Below are positions 12,707-24,632 of a stretch of 64,000 nt of DNA, in pieces. Source of the DNA: Nemertoderma westbladi (Eukaryota; Animalia; Xenacoelomorpha). The first letter of the stretch is position 1, and each line of letters opens with the position of its first letter. The stretch lies in the NCBI GenBank assembly GCA_032718475.1, contig JAUCBJ010001486.1, positions 32,458 through 96,457 on the forward strand. The letters run 5' to 3'. The notes under the pieces are model-generated. The model did no database searches. It was not told the DNA's origin and saw nothing but the letters and a program-made list of their open reading frames with translations. The translations under genes were made by a program, and so were the position numbers.

Positions 12707-13544
12707 CATGATGGGTGATTGTAGACCTCCAAGTACACTACAGATATTAGATACAGAACGCGTGATGGGTGATTGTAGACCTCTAAGTACACTACAGATA
12801 TTAGATACAGAACGCGTGATGGGTGATTTTAGACCTCCAAGTACACTACAGATATTAGATACAGAACGCGTGATGGGTGATTGTAGACCTCCAAGTACAC
12901 TACAGATATTAGATACAGAACGGGTGATTGTAGACCTCCAAGTACACTACAGATATTAGATACAGAACGGGTGATTGTAGACCTCCAAGTACACTACAGA
13001 TATTAGATACAGAACGGGTGATGGGTGATTGTAGACCTCCAAGTACACTACAGATATTAGATACAGAACAGGTGATGGGTGATTGTAGACCACCAAGTAC
13101 ACTACAGATATTAGATACAGAACGCCTGATGGGTGATTGTAGACCTCCAAGTACACTACAGATATTAGATACAGAATAGGTGATGGGTGATTGTAGACCT
13201 CCAAGTACACTAAAGATATTAGATCAGAACGGGTGATGGGTGATTGTAGACCTCCAAGTACACTAAAGATATTAGATACAGAACGGGTGATGGGTGATTG
13301 TAGACCTCCAAGTACACTAAAGAAATTAGATCAGAATGGGTGATGGGTGATCATAGACCACCAAGTTCACCACAGATATTAGATACAGAACGTGTGATGG
13401 GTGATTGTAGACCTCCAATTACACTACAGATAATAGATACAGAACGCGTGATGGGTGATTGTAGACCTCCAAGTAAACTACAGATATTAGATACAGAACG
13501 GGTGATGCGTGATTGTAGACCACAAAGTACACTACAGATATTAG
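12707..13544. repeat. 54-bp satellite, left part
   Basis: Unit GTGATGGGTGATTGTAGACCTCCAAGTACACTACAGATATTAGATACAGAACGC; resumes at 20166 after the LINE. Confidence 0.97.
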
Positions 13545-15483
13545 TAGAGTAGAAGTTCAAAACCGCTTTGAAGCACTTCAGTCAATGGATGAAGACCAAT
13601 CCACCGATTCAATATACCAGAATATAATAACAGCCCACAAGGAATCAGCTTAAGAGGCATATCCCCCAGAAACCTAAACGAAAACAGTATGTGCCATGGC
13701 AAAACTCTGAGGTTACTTGTAAGAGAGAAGATCTTAAGATAGCCTACAAAGTTAAAACCGAACAACCAACAACCGAAAACATTAACAAGGTTGAGAAAGC
13801 TAAGGACGATCTTAAATGGGCCTACAACATCAGCCAGGAAAAGTACATACAGGATAAAACTGAAGCAATTACAACTGCTCACATACAGCAACAATCAAGA
13901 CTTACCTGGCAAACTGTAAATGAGGTATCTGGTCGGAAATCTTGTGCAAAGGGGCGCCTCAAAGCTGATAGTCCTGAAGAACGTGTTGGTAAGTGGAAAA
14001 ATCACTTCAGCAACTTGCTTGGGCAGCCACCAAACATCGAGGTCAGCCCTACAAGGAAAATATATGACAAGACACTACCTATAGAAACAGGGGACTTCAC
14101 ACCTGCCGAACTCCAAAGAAGCATTAAAAGCATGTCCAATAATAAAGCGAGTGGATTAGATGAAATCCCAGCGGAGGTATGGAAAACCGGAGTGCTAAAT
14201 AGACCATTATTGAATGTTTGCAACCGGATGTTAAAAGGGGAAAAGCCACCACCAATTTGGACTAAAGGTCAACTAAAGCATCTCCCTAAGAAAGGAGACC
14301 TCGGCATACCAACAAACTATCGTGGGATATGTCTGCTTGTGGTAGCTGCCAAAATATACAATAATATGATTCTATATAGGATTAGGCCTCACATAGAGAA
14401 ACTACTGCGTAAGAGCCAAAACGGATTTCGACCAAGTAGATCAACAATAGCTCAGATACTTGCACTACGGAGACTGATTGAAGGAATTAAGTCAAAGAAT
14501 CTCCCCGCAGTCATGACTTTTGTGGACTTCAAGAAGGCATTCGACTCCATCCATAGAGGTAAAATGCATGAAATCCTAAGAGCTTATGGAATACCAGAAG
14601 TAATTGTTGCTGGCATTGGATTGTTATATTGTGACACAGAAGCGCAGGTACTCTCACCAGATGGAGAAACTGAGTTTTTCTCAATCCTGGCTGGCGCACT
14701 GCAAGGTGACACATTAGCACCATTACTATTTGTAATTGTGCTGGATTACGCAATGAGGGCGGCCACAAAGGGTGAAGATCTGGGATTCACACTTCAAGAA
14801 TGCAGAAGTAGTAGATATCCGGCAACTACAGTCACAGACACCGACTTTGCGGATGACATCACCCTGCTCTCTAATATGCTAGAAGATGCACAGCGTCTAC
14901 TAAATAAAGTGGAGAGGGCTGCTAAGGAGGTTGGATTGCATATAAATGCTACCAAGACCGAATTCATGACCTTTAATGTTGATGGAAACTTGACAACCAT
15001 TGATAATAATCAACTAAGGAAGGTCGATGACTTCCAGTACCTTGGATCATGGATAGAGAGTAGCAAAAAGGACATAGAAGTTAGGAAAGCAAAGGCTTGG
15101 GTAGTTCTATCAAAAATGGATACCATCTGGAAATCAGATCTCTCCAGGCACCTGAAGACTAAGTTCTTTCGAGCCACAGTGGAAAGTGTATTTTTATACA
15201 GGGGTGAGACTGTAGTGGTGGTCGCTCCGTGTGATACCTGGGGGAAAAATAATAATAATAAGATTACTGACTGTTCTGATAGGTACTACTGTACTATGAC
15301 TGTACCAGGAGCCAGGAGCTCGGTACTGACTGACTGATGGCATTTATATATATATATATATATATCTGTATATCGTATTGCTTGTTATATATATTGTATA
15401 TGTATTGAACATCTGAATGGTATTACACTGACTTTATGAGATAACGATATTATATGTTGTTCTCCCAACTACCTTCGTTATAT

Positions 15484-15496
15484 TGGTGACCCGGAC
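15484..15496 (+). promoter_or_regulatory. Primer-binding site (tRNA-Trp-like)
   Basis: TGGTGACCCGGAC just after the 5' LTR; close to the complement of the tRNA-Trp 3' end (TGGTGACCCCGAC). Confidence 0.75.
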
Positions 15497-15548
15497 AGCC
15501 AGAACCTTTAATAAACATAATTTATCAATACAACACAATACAGCAATA

Positions 15549-16409
15549 ATGCCAGACGGACCAGCCGACGGAGTAGAGCAAGCGGGTATCGATAACAACA
15601 ATCCAACCGGTCTGCCGGTAAACCGGATATCAGTAAAACCTCCTGTCTTTTTCAGGTCGAACCCTGAAGTTTGGTTCAGAACCCTGGAATCGCACTTCGC
15701 ATTGTCAGGTATTACCAACGAAACTACGAAATTTCACCACGTCATGGCGAATCTACCGGAGGATGTTGCGATAAACATATCCGCTGACATCGATACCTAC
15801 ACCAACATAAAAGCTACGATATTAAACCTCTACCAAAAGACAAAATCTGAATTGCTAGAGGAGGCTCTAGGCCAAGTTACGCTTGACGGGCAGAAGCCGT
15901 CACTGGTCTACCTACGAATCAAAAGGAAGTTGCAACAATGCAACCTGACAGCTGACGACGACCTCGTCCGTCACAAGTTGCTTCAAGCCCTTCCAATCAC
16001 AGCAAGATCCGCTTTACTCGCTCATCTGAGTCTGCCACCTGAGGAATTTGCTTCCCTCGCTGACACAATCCTGCAATTCACCGGAAACCAACCTACACAC
16101 GCTGTAGCCAAAGTTCAACTGGAGTTCAATGGAGATTATCAGGATAGACCCCAGCCCCAGCAGTATGAATACAAACTGAAAACGAGGCAGCCACAATCGT
16201 ACGGTTCATTCGGTGCCCTCTATCCATTTTCCGAGGGCCAGAAACCGAAAGTATGTCGGTACCACGTGTTTTACGGCGAGAATGCGAAAAAGTGTAAAGA
16301 TTGGTGTCGCTGGCCTGGACGTAAACCGCGATCTATGGATCCTTCGTCGAGGGCCGGTTCGCGTTCAAGTTCGCCCGTTCCCCCCGCTCAACACGACGCG
16401 GGAAACTAG
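15549..16409 (+). CDS. gag: Gypsy Gag (CHCC type)
   Basis: KPPVFFRSNPEVWF..ESHF N-terminal motif and CRYHVFYGENAKKCKDWC (C-x2-H-x9-C-x3-C); ends GGGAAAC-TAG. Confidence 0.9.
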   Translation: MPDGPADGVEQAGIDNNNPTGLPVNRISVKPPVFFRSNPEVWFRTLESHFALSGITNETTKFHHVMANLPEDVAINISADIDTYTNIKATILNLYQKTKSELLEEALGQVTLDGQKPSLVYLRIKRKLQQCNLTADDDLVRHKLLQALPITARSALLAHLSLPPEEFASLADTILQFTGNQPTHAVAKVQLEFNGDYQDRPQPQQYEYKLKTRQPQSYGSFGALYPFSEGQKPKVCRYHVFYGENAKKCKDWCRWPGRKPRSMDPSSRAGSRSSSPVPPAQHDAGN

Positions 16410-19400
16410 ATACCCTCAGTGTAAAAGCTGCGAACACTGAGGGTGAAGGTGCAGCCGTATTCTTGTTTACCGCGGCACTACTAGGCTCAGTAAACTCGCA
16501 AGAATGTTCTACCTCCTTCCTTGTGGATACGGGATCACAAGTCTCTGTACTCCAACCAAACACTGTGAAAAATTGTATTTGGAATCATACAACAACTAAA
16601 CTCACTACAGTATCAGGGTCCAACATCAACGTCCATGGGAAAGCAACTATCCGAGTAAAAATGCTCCGTAGAATATTTCAATGGACGTTTTATATTGCAG
16701 ACATTACTGACAATATTCTTGGGTTGGATTTTCTCTCTAATTTCAAGTTAATTCTAGATTGCGGTGAAAAACAAATAATAGACAAAGATACATTACTCAG
16801 CCGACAATTACAAACATCAAATTCAAAGAGTTTCGGTATACGGAAAGTAACTTTGACACACCCCAACGATTGTTTAAACAAACTGTTAACCAACTATTCT
16901 GAATTATTCGACCCTGAATTTGCGTTTCAGGGCCCTCCAAAAACAGACACAGTTCATCGTATAATCACAACGGATTGCCAGCCCATTCACGCAAAACCAC
17001 GCCAGTTGAGTGGTCAGAAACTAATAATTGCCAAAGAGGCATTTGCAGACCTACAAGAGAAGGGAGTAATTCGCCCATCGAGTAGCCCATGGGCATCACC
17101 GCTTCATATGGCACCGAAACACAACCAAAAAGATCAGTGGCGTCCATGTGGGGATTATAGGGGATTAAACCGAGTAACACAACCAGATCGATATCCAGTC
17201 CCTCACATTAGCCACTTCCACAACCAGTTCAAAGGCTCTACAGTGTTCAGTAAAATCGATTTGACCAGGGCCTACAACCAAGTCGCAGTAAATCCAGAGG
17301 ACATTCCGAAAACGGCCGTTGTAACACCCTTCGGTTTATACGAATTCGTCCTTATGCCCTACGGATTAAAAAACGCGGGTCAGACGTTGCAACGCCACAT
17401 GAACGAGGCCTTTGGCGATCTACCCTTCGTTTTCATCTATGTGGATGATATCATAATACACTCAACAGATAACGATGAACATTATCAACATCTAGAAATT
17501 GTATTCGAGCGCTTGAGAAAATATAACCTAAAGGCGAACTATTCAAAGTGCGTATGGTTTCAGTCATCGTTGGTATTCCTCGGTTACTTGGTTTCATCCG
17601 AGGGTATATCCCCTCCAAAAGAGCGTGTCGAGGCATTAAACAGTATGCCTGAACCGACCAGTTACAATGAACTGCGCCGTGTACTCGGGATGTTTAACTT
17701 CTATCGACGGCACATCCCAAACTACAGTTCAATAACAAATATATTACAAACGTTATTGAACAGCACGCAACCAACGAGCAAGAAACTCCCAAAAAGGAAC
17801 TTTATCGATGACGAATGGACCGAAGAACACTCCGCTGCATAGAACACTCTGCTGCATTTGCGTCATTAAAGAAATCCCTTTCAAATGCTATAACTCTACA
17901 TCACCCCTCTACAACCGACTGTCCAGTGTCGATCACAATTACTAGCGACGCATCCAATATAGCTATCGGTGGGGCGCTACACGAGGTCGACTTACAAGAG
18001 GACGCATCACCATTGGGTTTCTACTCACGGAGACTCACTGAAAGAGAACAGAAGTGGTCCCCATTCGAAAGGGAATTGTTAGCAGCATACGAACTGGCAG
18101 TACGTTATCGCGAAATTATTGAAGGACGTCATGTAACTCTATATACCGACCACAAACCTTTGGTCGGCGCATTCGACAAAGCAAGTAGCCTCTCCCCGAG
18201 ACAGAACAGACAACTTTCGTTTTTAGCGGAATATATCGACAAGATAGAATATATACCAGGAAATACCAATATAGTCGCCGACACCCTGTCAAGGCAGGTT
18301 GCCGCAACACATATTGATTCATTCGGGCTAGATGAATTAGCCGAGGCACAAAGTATTGATACAAACTTACTTTCTAAACCAACCTCATTTAATATCAAAA
18401 CATTCAATATTGCCTCAGGTAAACCGCTTCTTTGCGATACCAGTACACCGTATCCGCGTCCCATTGTTCCAGAAACACTCCAAAAAGTAATCTTTGATGA
18501 ACTTCATAATTTATCACATCCAGGTATCAAGGCAACCATTAGACTAATAACAGACAGATATATTTGGATCAATGCTAAACGGGACATCGCGAACCTATGC
18601 CGACAATGTATTCCATGTCAAACAGCCAAAATCAATCGACATACGAAAGCCCCACTAGAACCTCTTCCATTCTCAAATCGGTTCTCACATCTTCACACCG
18701 ATATCGTGGGACCCCTACCTGAATTAGATAACCAACCGTACCGTTATCTTACAACGTTTATCGACAGAGAAACTGGGTGGGTCGAAGCGGCTCCAGTAAG
18801 TTCAATAACAGCCGTTGCCATAGCAACCGCGTTTCTTAATTGCTGGTTCGCACGTTTTGGCGTCCCATTACAGTTATCAACGGATCGCGGATCTCAATAC
18901 GAATCGGAACTCTTTGCAGAAGTTGCCAAACTCATTGGATTTCATAGAATGAGAACTACCGCGTACCACCCTCAAGCTAATGGCAAAATCGAACGCTTTC
19001 ATCGAGTACTTAAAGCCTCCCTAAAAGCTCGAGGATCTGATTGGTTGTCGTCACTGCCAATCATTTTATTCAGCCATAGAATCACGCCATCCCACGTCAC
19101 CGGCATATCACCCTTCGAGCTAGTGACCGGGACACTGCCTTTAATCCCATCCAGTTTGGTAGTGCCGACAGACGTGACATATAACCATGATTTTGTTAAA
19201 CTGCTTCATAAACATGTATCTGAACTAGGGTTTATCGCTCAATCTAAGTATATGGACCAACCGAACCCAAACCGACTCATCAAGAGTTACATTCCAACAG
19301 CATTACAGACCAGCGACAAAGTCTTTGTACGGGTTGATAGAGTGAGGAAATCGCTAGAGGCGCCCTACCAAGGTCCCTTCAGGGTTATCTCCCGTACCGA

Positions 19401-19500
19401 TAAACATTTTACCTTAGAGACACCTAGCGGTTCAAAGGTGATTTCGATAGACCGACTCAAACCATATCTAGACTTCAGACGTAAAATGAAAACTGTGTAG
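16406..19500 (+). CDS. pol: Gypsy Pol (PR-RT-RNase H-IN), reached by -1 frameshift and broken by a 17-bp duplication at 17824-17857
   Basis: LVDTGS, YVDD, SDAS..IGGAL, HPG..C..C, DIVGPL, TDRGSQY, NGKIERFHR, PYQGPF. Confidence 0.92.
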
Positions 19501-20165
19501 TGGTGGTCGCTCCGTGTGATACCTGGGGGAAAAATAATAATAATAAGATTACTGACTGTTCTGATAGGTACTACTGTACTATGACTGTACCAGGAGCCAG
19601 GAGCTCGGTACTGACTGACTGATGGCATTTATATATATATATATATATCTGTATATCGTATTGCTTGTTATATATATTGTATATGTATTGAACATCTGAA
19701 TGGTATTACACTGACTTTATGAGATAACGATATTATATGTTGTTCTCCCAACTACCTTCGTTATAAGACCTGGACACTGACTAAATCACTTGAACAACGA
19801 ATTGATGGTTGCTACACAAGACTACTAAGGGCAGCCCTAAACATCAGCTGGAGACAACACATGACAAACGCCGAGCTTTATGGTACAATACCACCTGTAT
19901 CAACCACCCTCCGTGAACGCAGATTAAGATTCAGTGGGCACTGCTGGCGAAGTAAAGACGAGGTCATACCAGATCTACTTCTCTGGCAACCAACTCATGG
20001 AAAGCATAGTCGTGGACGACCTGCCATAACATATATAGATCAACTTGAAAGGGATACTGAACTTGGGAGAAACGAAATTGCGACAACTTGGAGAATCGCG
20101 AAGCCTGGAAGGATCTCATTTCCACAGTCCGAGTTCGCTCGACCTAGTAGTAGTAGTAGTAGTAG

Positions 20166-21598
20166 ATACAGAACGGGTGATGGGTGATTGTAGACCTCCA
20201 AGTACACTACAGATATTAGATACAGAACGCGTGATGGGTGATTGTAGACCTCCAAGTACACTACAGATATTAGATACAGAACGGGTGATTGTAGACCTCC
20301 AAGTACACTACAGATATTAGATACAGAATGGGTGATGGGTGATTGTAGACCACCAAGTAAACTACAGATATTAGATACAGAACGGGTGATGGGTGATTGT
20401 AGACCACCAAGTACACTACAGATATTAGATCAGAATGGGTGATGAGTGATTGTAGACCACCAAGTACACTACAGATATTAGATCAGAATGGATGATGGGT
20501 GATTGTAGACCACCAAGTACACTACAGATATTAGATACATAACGCGTGATGGGTGATTGTAGACCACCAAGTACACTACAGATATTAGATACAGAACGGG
20601 TGATTGTAGACCTCCAAGTACATTACAGATATTAGATACAGAACGCGTGATGGGTGATTGTAGACCACCAAGTACACTACAGATATTAGATACAGAATGG
20701 GTGATGGGTTATTGTAGACCTCCAAGTACACTACAGATATTAGATACAGAACGCGTGATGGGTGATTGTAGACCTCCAAGTACACTACAGATAATAGATA
20801 CAGAACGGGTGATGGGTGATTGTAGACCTCCAAGTACACTACAGATATTAGATACAGAATGGGTGATGGGTTATTGTAGACCTCCAAGTACACTACAGAT
20901 ATTAGATACAGAACGCGTGATGGATGATTGTAGACCACCAAGTACACTACAGATATTAGATACAGAACGCGTGATGGGTGATTGTAGACCACCAAGTACA
21001 CTACAGATATTAGATACAGAACACATGATGGGTGATTGTAGACCACCAAGTACACTACAGATATTAGATACAGAACGGGTGATGGGTGATTGTAGACCTC
21101 CAAGTACACTACAGATATTAGATACAGAACGCGTGATGGATGATTGTAGACCACCAAGTACACTACAGATATTAGATACAGAACGCGTGATGGGTGATTG
21201 TAGACCACCAAGTACACTACAGATATTAGATACAGAACACATGATGGGTGATTGTAGACCAACAAGTACACTACAGATATTAGATACAGAACGGGTGATG
21301 GGTGATTATAGACCTCCAAGTACACTACAGATATTAGATACAGAACGGGTGATGGGTGATTGTAGACCACCAAGTACACTACAGATATTAGATACAGAAC
21401 GCGTGATGGGTGATTGTAAAACTCCAAGTACACTACAGATATTAGATACAGAACGGGTGATGGGTGATTGTAGACCTCCAAGTACACTACAGATATTAGA
21501 TACAGAACGGGTGATGGGTGATTGTAGACCTCCAAGTACACTACAGATATTAGATACAGAACGGGTGATTGTAGACCACCAAGTACACTACAGATATT
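20166..21598. repeat. 54-bp satellite, right part
   Basis: Same unit as 12707-13544; the long ORFs here are artefacts of a stop-free 54-nt unit. Confidence 0.97.
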
Positions 21599-22133
21599 AT
21601 TCATTCTTTTATTTTATTTCATTATTCTATAAGATATGAAAAAAAATACATTTGAAAATTCGAAGTCTTTGGTATAATTTTAGTTAGAGCCAATTACCTA
21701 CGTCGCGCTAGACATAGGTTTGGGGCTTCTATCTATGAGAAATAACTGGCCCACTAAATTTAGGGGCTTTATTAAATAACGCGAAATAAACGGAATCTGA
21801 AAGGGCTGACCCTGGCCCACCTACAAATTACAATACAAATTAACTAATTTTGTGGTTAGATTTTCAGACTGTTATGAACCTAAAACAATTAGATTTTCAA
21901 TCGACTCAAAATATAAAAATTTTAAAAATTAGAATATGGTCGAACTAATTATAATTAGTCACTGTGAATAAAATAATGTAAATAATCTGTCTGACTAATA
22001 AGGGAAGCAGCTTGTATATTCGAATTATTTGGTAAGGATTTATGCGACATAATAATATATGAACCGAACACGAATATATTGCAATGAATAAAAACGATAT
22101 CAAATGGTATATAAAATGATTAATTATTCGACT

Positions 22134-23126
22134 TTATGTAACTGAGTTGGTAATTACAGGACTAATGACGTAATGGCCTCTTTGCAACTGAGAGATATAG
22201 ACCTTGCACTTAACCCCGTCAGTTCGTTTAACCCAAACCTCATTGCCGTTTATAAGAGTTATATAACCTTCTATCATCCGTTCCCGTGAGTCTGCCGGTT
22301 CCACAACCACTTGCGTTCCTCGCGAGAAGCAACGGCCGCGGTAGTACAGCCGTCCGTCTACCGCGCGGATCCGATACGGAGTCGGTTTGTACGAAGCGAC
22401 TCGATGCGGAGTCGGTTTGTACGAGGCGACTCGATGCGGAGTCGGTTTGGTACACCGCGCACGCGATATCGCGGCCCAGTCTTCCATTATCTCGCGTTCC
22501 CGGAGCATATAGACGAGATACGGTCCGGAGACAACGACCGGACTCCGGTCTCGTTTAGCCGGACGAGAGAAGCGACGGGGGCGATGGTACTCCGAGTACT
22601 GCGTGGAAAGTTCCGCGCGTTGCCGTTCCGCTTCCAGGGATCGCATCGAGCGTTCCACATCGCCGCGTAGAAAGTCGGCTAGAGCCGCTTTCTCGGAGGA
22701 CAACGTTTGCAACGAGGATTGTAAGTCACAGTCGTAGTTCTTTGAAACCGACTCGATCTGCAACTCGCGGGTAATTTGGCCAATTTCTTTACGAATATTC
22801 CAGGATTGTTCCAAACGATCGCGTTGTAGTTGGAATTCCGCAGCCGTTCCATCCTTCACCTTTACTATCTGCAGTTCCACTTGCTTCAACCGTTCTCTAT
22901 ACAGCTGCTCCTTAAGGTTTTCGAACTGTTTATCCAACTGCTCGAGTTCCTTCACGACGCATTGTCTCCGGATCTCGTATTCGTCCTCATCCACTTCCGA
23001 CGAACTAATAATCGAATCTTCCTCTTCCGATGACGATTTTCCCGAACCCTCTTTAGTTTTGCGTTTTCGTTTGGATCGTGTTTGCCGAACGTTTTGCTGT
23101 TCTTCTATCAATAAATCGCTTGCCAT
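22134..23126 (-). CDS. BRMS1: BRMS1/BRMS1L-like Sds3-family Sin3-HDAC subunit, single-exon ORF (330 aa from ATG 23126)
   Basis: Acidic N-terminus, LEQLDKQFENLKEQLYRERL coiled coil, SPVVVSGPYLVYMLREREIMEDW signature and a C-terminal EVWVKRTDGVKCKVYISQLQRG segment. Confidence 0.88.
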   Translation of the reverse strand: MASDLLIEEQQNVRQTRSKRKRKTKEGSGKSSSEEEDSIISSSEVDEDEYEIRRQCVVKELEQLDKQFENLKEQLYRERLKQVELQIVKVKDGTAAEFQLQRDRLEQSWNIRKEIGQITRELQIESVSKNYDCDLQSSLQTLSSEKAALADFLRGDVERSMRSLEAERQRAELSTQYSEYHRPRRFSRPAKRDRSPVVVSGPYLVYMLREREIMEDWAAISRARCTKPTPHRVASYKPTPHRVASYKPTPYRIRAVDGRLYYRGRCFSRGTQVVVEPADSRERMIEGYITLINGNEVWVKRTDGVKCKVYISQLQRGHYVISPVITNSVT

Positions 23127-23254
23127 ACTGCAATTATGTCTTACGTACTGCAGTAGGCCAGTAGGCCTACAGATGTACAGTACAGTACAGTACCGGCAGA
23201 CCGGCAACAATACTGCCTGAAAACATTAGTGACAGCACTAACAGACTAACTGAT

Positions 23255-23335
23255 CTGCTAAAGCCAATAGGAAAACAGTATTTAATCATCCAATCGTAGC
23301 GCATTTGTTCCACTAATGGCTCCGCCCTCCCATCA
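23255..23335 (-). promoter_or_regulatory. Putative BRMS1-like promoter (two CCAAT boxes, GC box)
   Basis: GCCAATAG near 23263, CCAATC near 23290 and CTCCGCCC near 23320, about 135-200 bp upstream of the ATG. Confidence 0.4.
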
Positions 23336-24632
23336 ACCTTCATCTATATTTAACGTTATTGCAGTCTAATCCCGTAGTCTATGATACACCTCAATACCGA
23401 TTTATTTTAAAACATTTCGATTATTGGATGAACCCCGCCTGAGACCCATACACTAACCCTGTTGCTGTTAGAAGAAATGGCACTGTCCAAAATGGTTTGT
23501 AGAACTAAACTGGGAAGATTTTTAAAAATGACATCTAATTTTGTCGAATTAAAAGCCGGGATTATTTTAAAATTATTATTAATATTATTACACTCTATTA
23601 AAATTGTTCTATAAATAGGCTATACATAATTCAAGTTTAAAATGTAAAAAAAATGGACCTTGATACGTAAACACTTCAAAATAAAACAGAAATAAAAATA
23701 AAAACGGCTCGTGGTAGACCAAATACACAAAATCATAATAAAAAATAATCTATACCCCCCCAGCGGGGGGAATTGTTTTATAACTGGTTCATAAAAAATG
23801 GTAAAAAAATTAGTAAATAGTTTTATTAAATAATTTTTATATTTTTTTTAATTTAAATTTGTTGTTTTAAATAAAATTGTATTTAATGAAAATGAATGAA
23901 TATTTAATGAATTTATTTAATTTTAATTTGGTTTTTTATTTCATTTCGCTCTGTGTTATCATCATGCCCGACCTTTTAACCCCATTTTACTGAGTGCTGT
24001 TTATTTTTTTTAGAAAGCCCCACTCGTTTACAGTCGATTAATTGTATTACTTGTATTGTACATGTTTTAAAATAGTCGGCCTAGGCCTATAGTATAATAC
24101 AATGAGATATGTGTTTGATACTACCAATTATATCTCATTTTCAATAATCGTCATTCATTCATCCATTCCTTAAATATTATTGTAAACTTAACACTCACTA
24201 CAACGCAGTCAATATTAATAAATCTGGCCGGATCTTACCACAACCAATAACAAGCCAATCTATTAGCTTGACCGAAGACTCTAACATAAATTGCTATGAC
24301 CAGCGGAGTCTGTTGCCTACCTCTTTATGGCAGCCGCTTACCACTTTGTGGATGCCGCCTTGCCACTACGACAAACAATGGTATTCATTGGCTTGCCCTA
24401 ACATCAATTAACTTGGCCGCCATTGAAGTGTACTTGCGTACTGTACTAGCTTGTCGTCATAAAGTCTGTATACGGCTGCTCCACTGGTTATCTCAATGTC
24501 ATGCTGATAGGTTACGTAACAGCCTAACTTTCCTTCTTGTTTGGCAGATTAGTTTAGACACCCATATGATGAGTATTTGATTGGCTGTGGCAGATCTGTT
24601 GATGCTGAAACGGCTGAAACGGCTGACACTCA

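Larger units (their letters stand above)
15211..19765 (+). mobile_element. Full-length Ty3/Gypsy LTR retrotransposon, CsRn1/Kabuki-like clade
   Basis: LTRs 15211-15482 and 19496-19765 differ, as far as I can read, only in (TA)n length. 4-bp TSD AGAC. tRNA-Trp-type PBS. CHCC Gag motif. Pol order PR-RT-RH-IN. Confidence 0.97.
13545..20165 (+). mobile_element. 5'-truncated RTE-clade LINE inserted in the satellite and split by a Gypsy element
   Basis: RT motifs FVDFKKAFDSI, GALQGDTLAPLLF, FADDI and FQYLGS in ORF 13691-15210. The frame resumes after the Gypsy element (YRGET|WTLTK..RLRFSGHCWR). (TAG)n tail at 20145-20165. Confidence 0.95.

Noticed and set aside
11188-12792. Many long hydrophobic Cys/Trp-rich ORFs
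   Set aside because: Translation artefacts of the 19-bp minisatellite, open in several frames on both strands.
20585-21639. 330-339 aa repetitive ORFs; array superficially CRISPR-like
   Set aside because: Head-to-tail 54-bp satellite with no unique spacers, no cas genes and a eukaryotic context.
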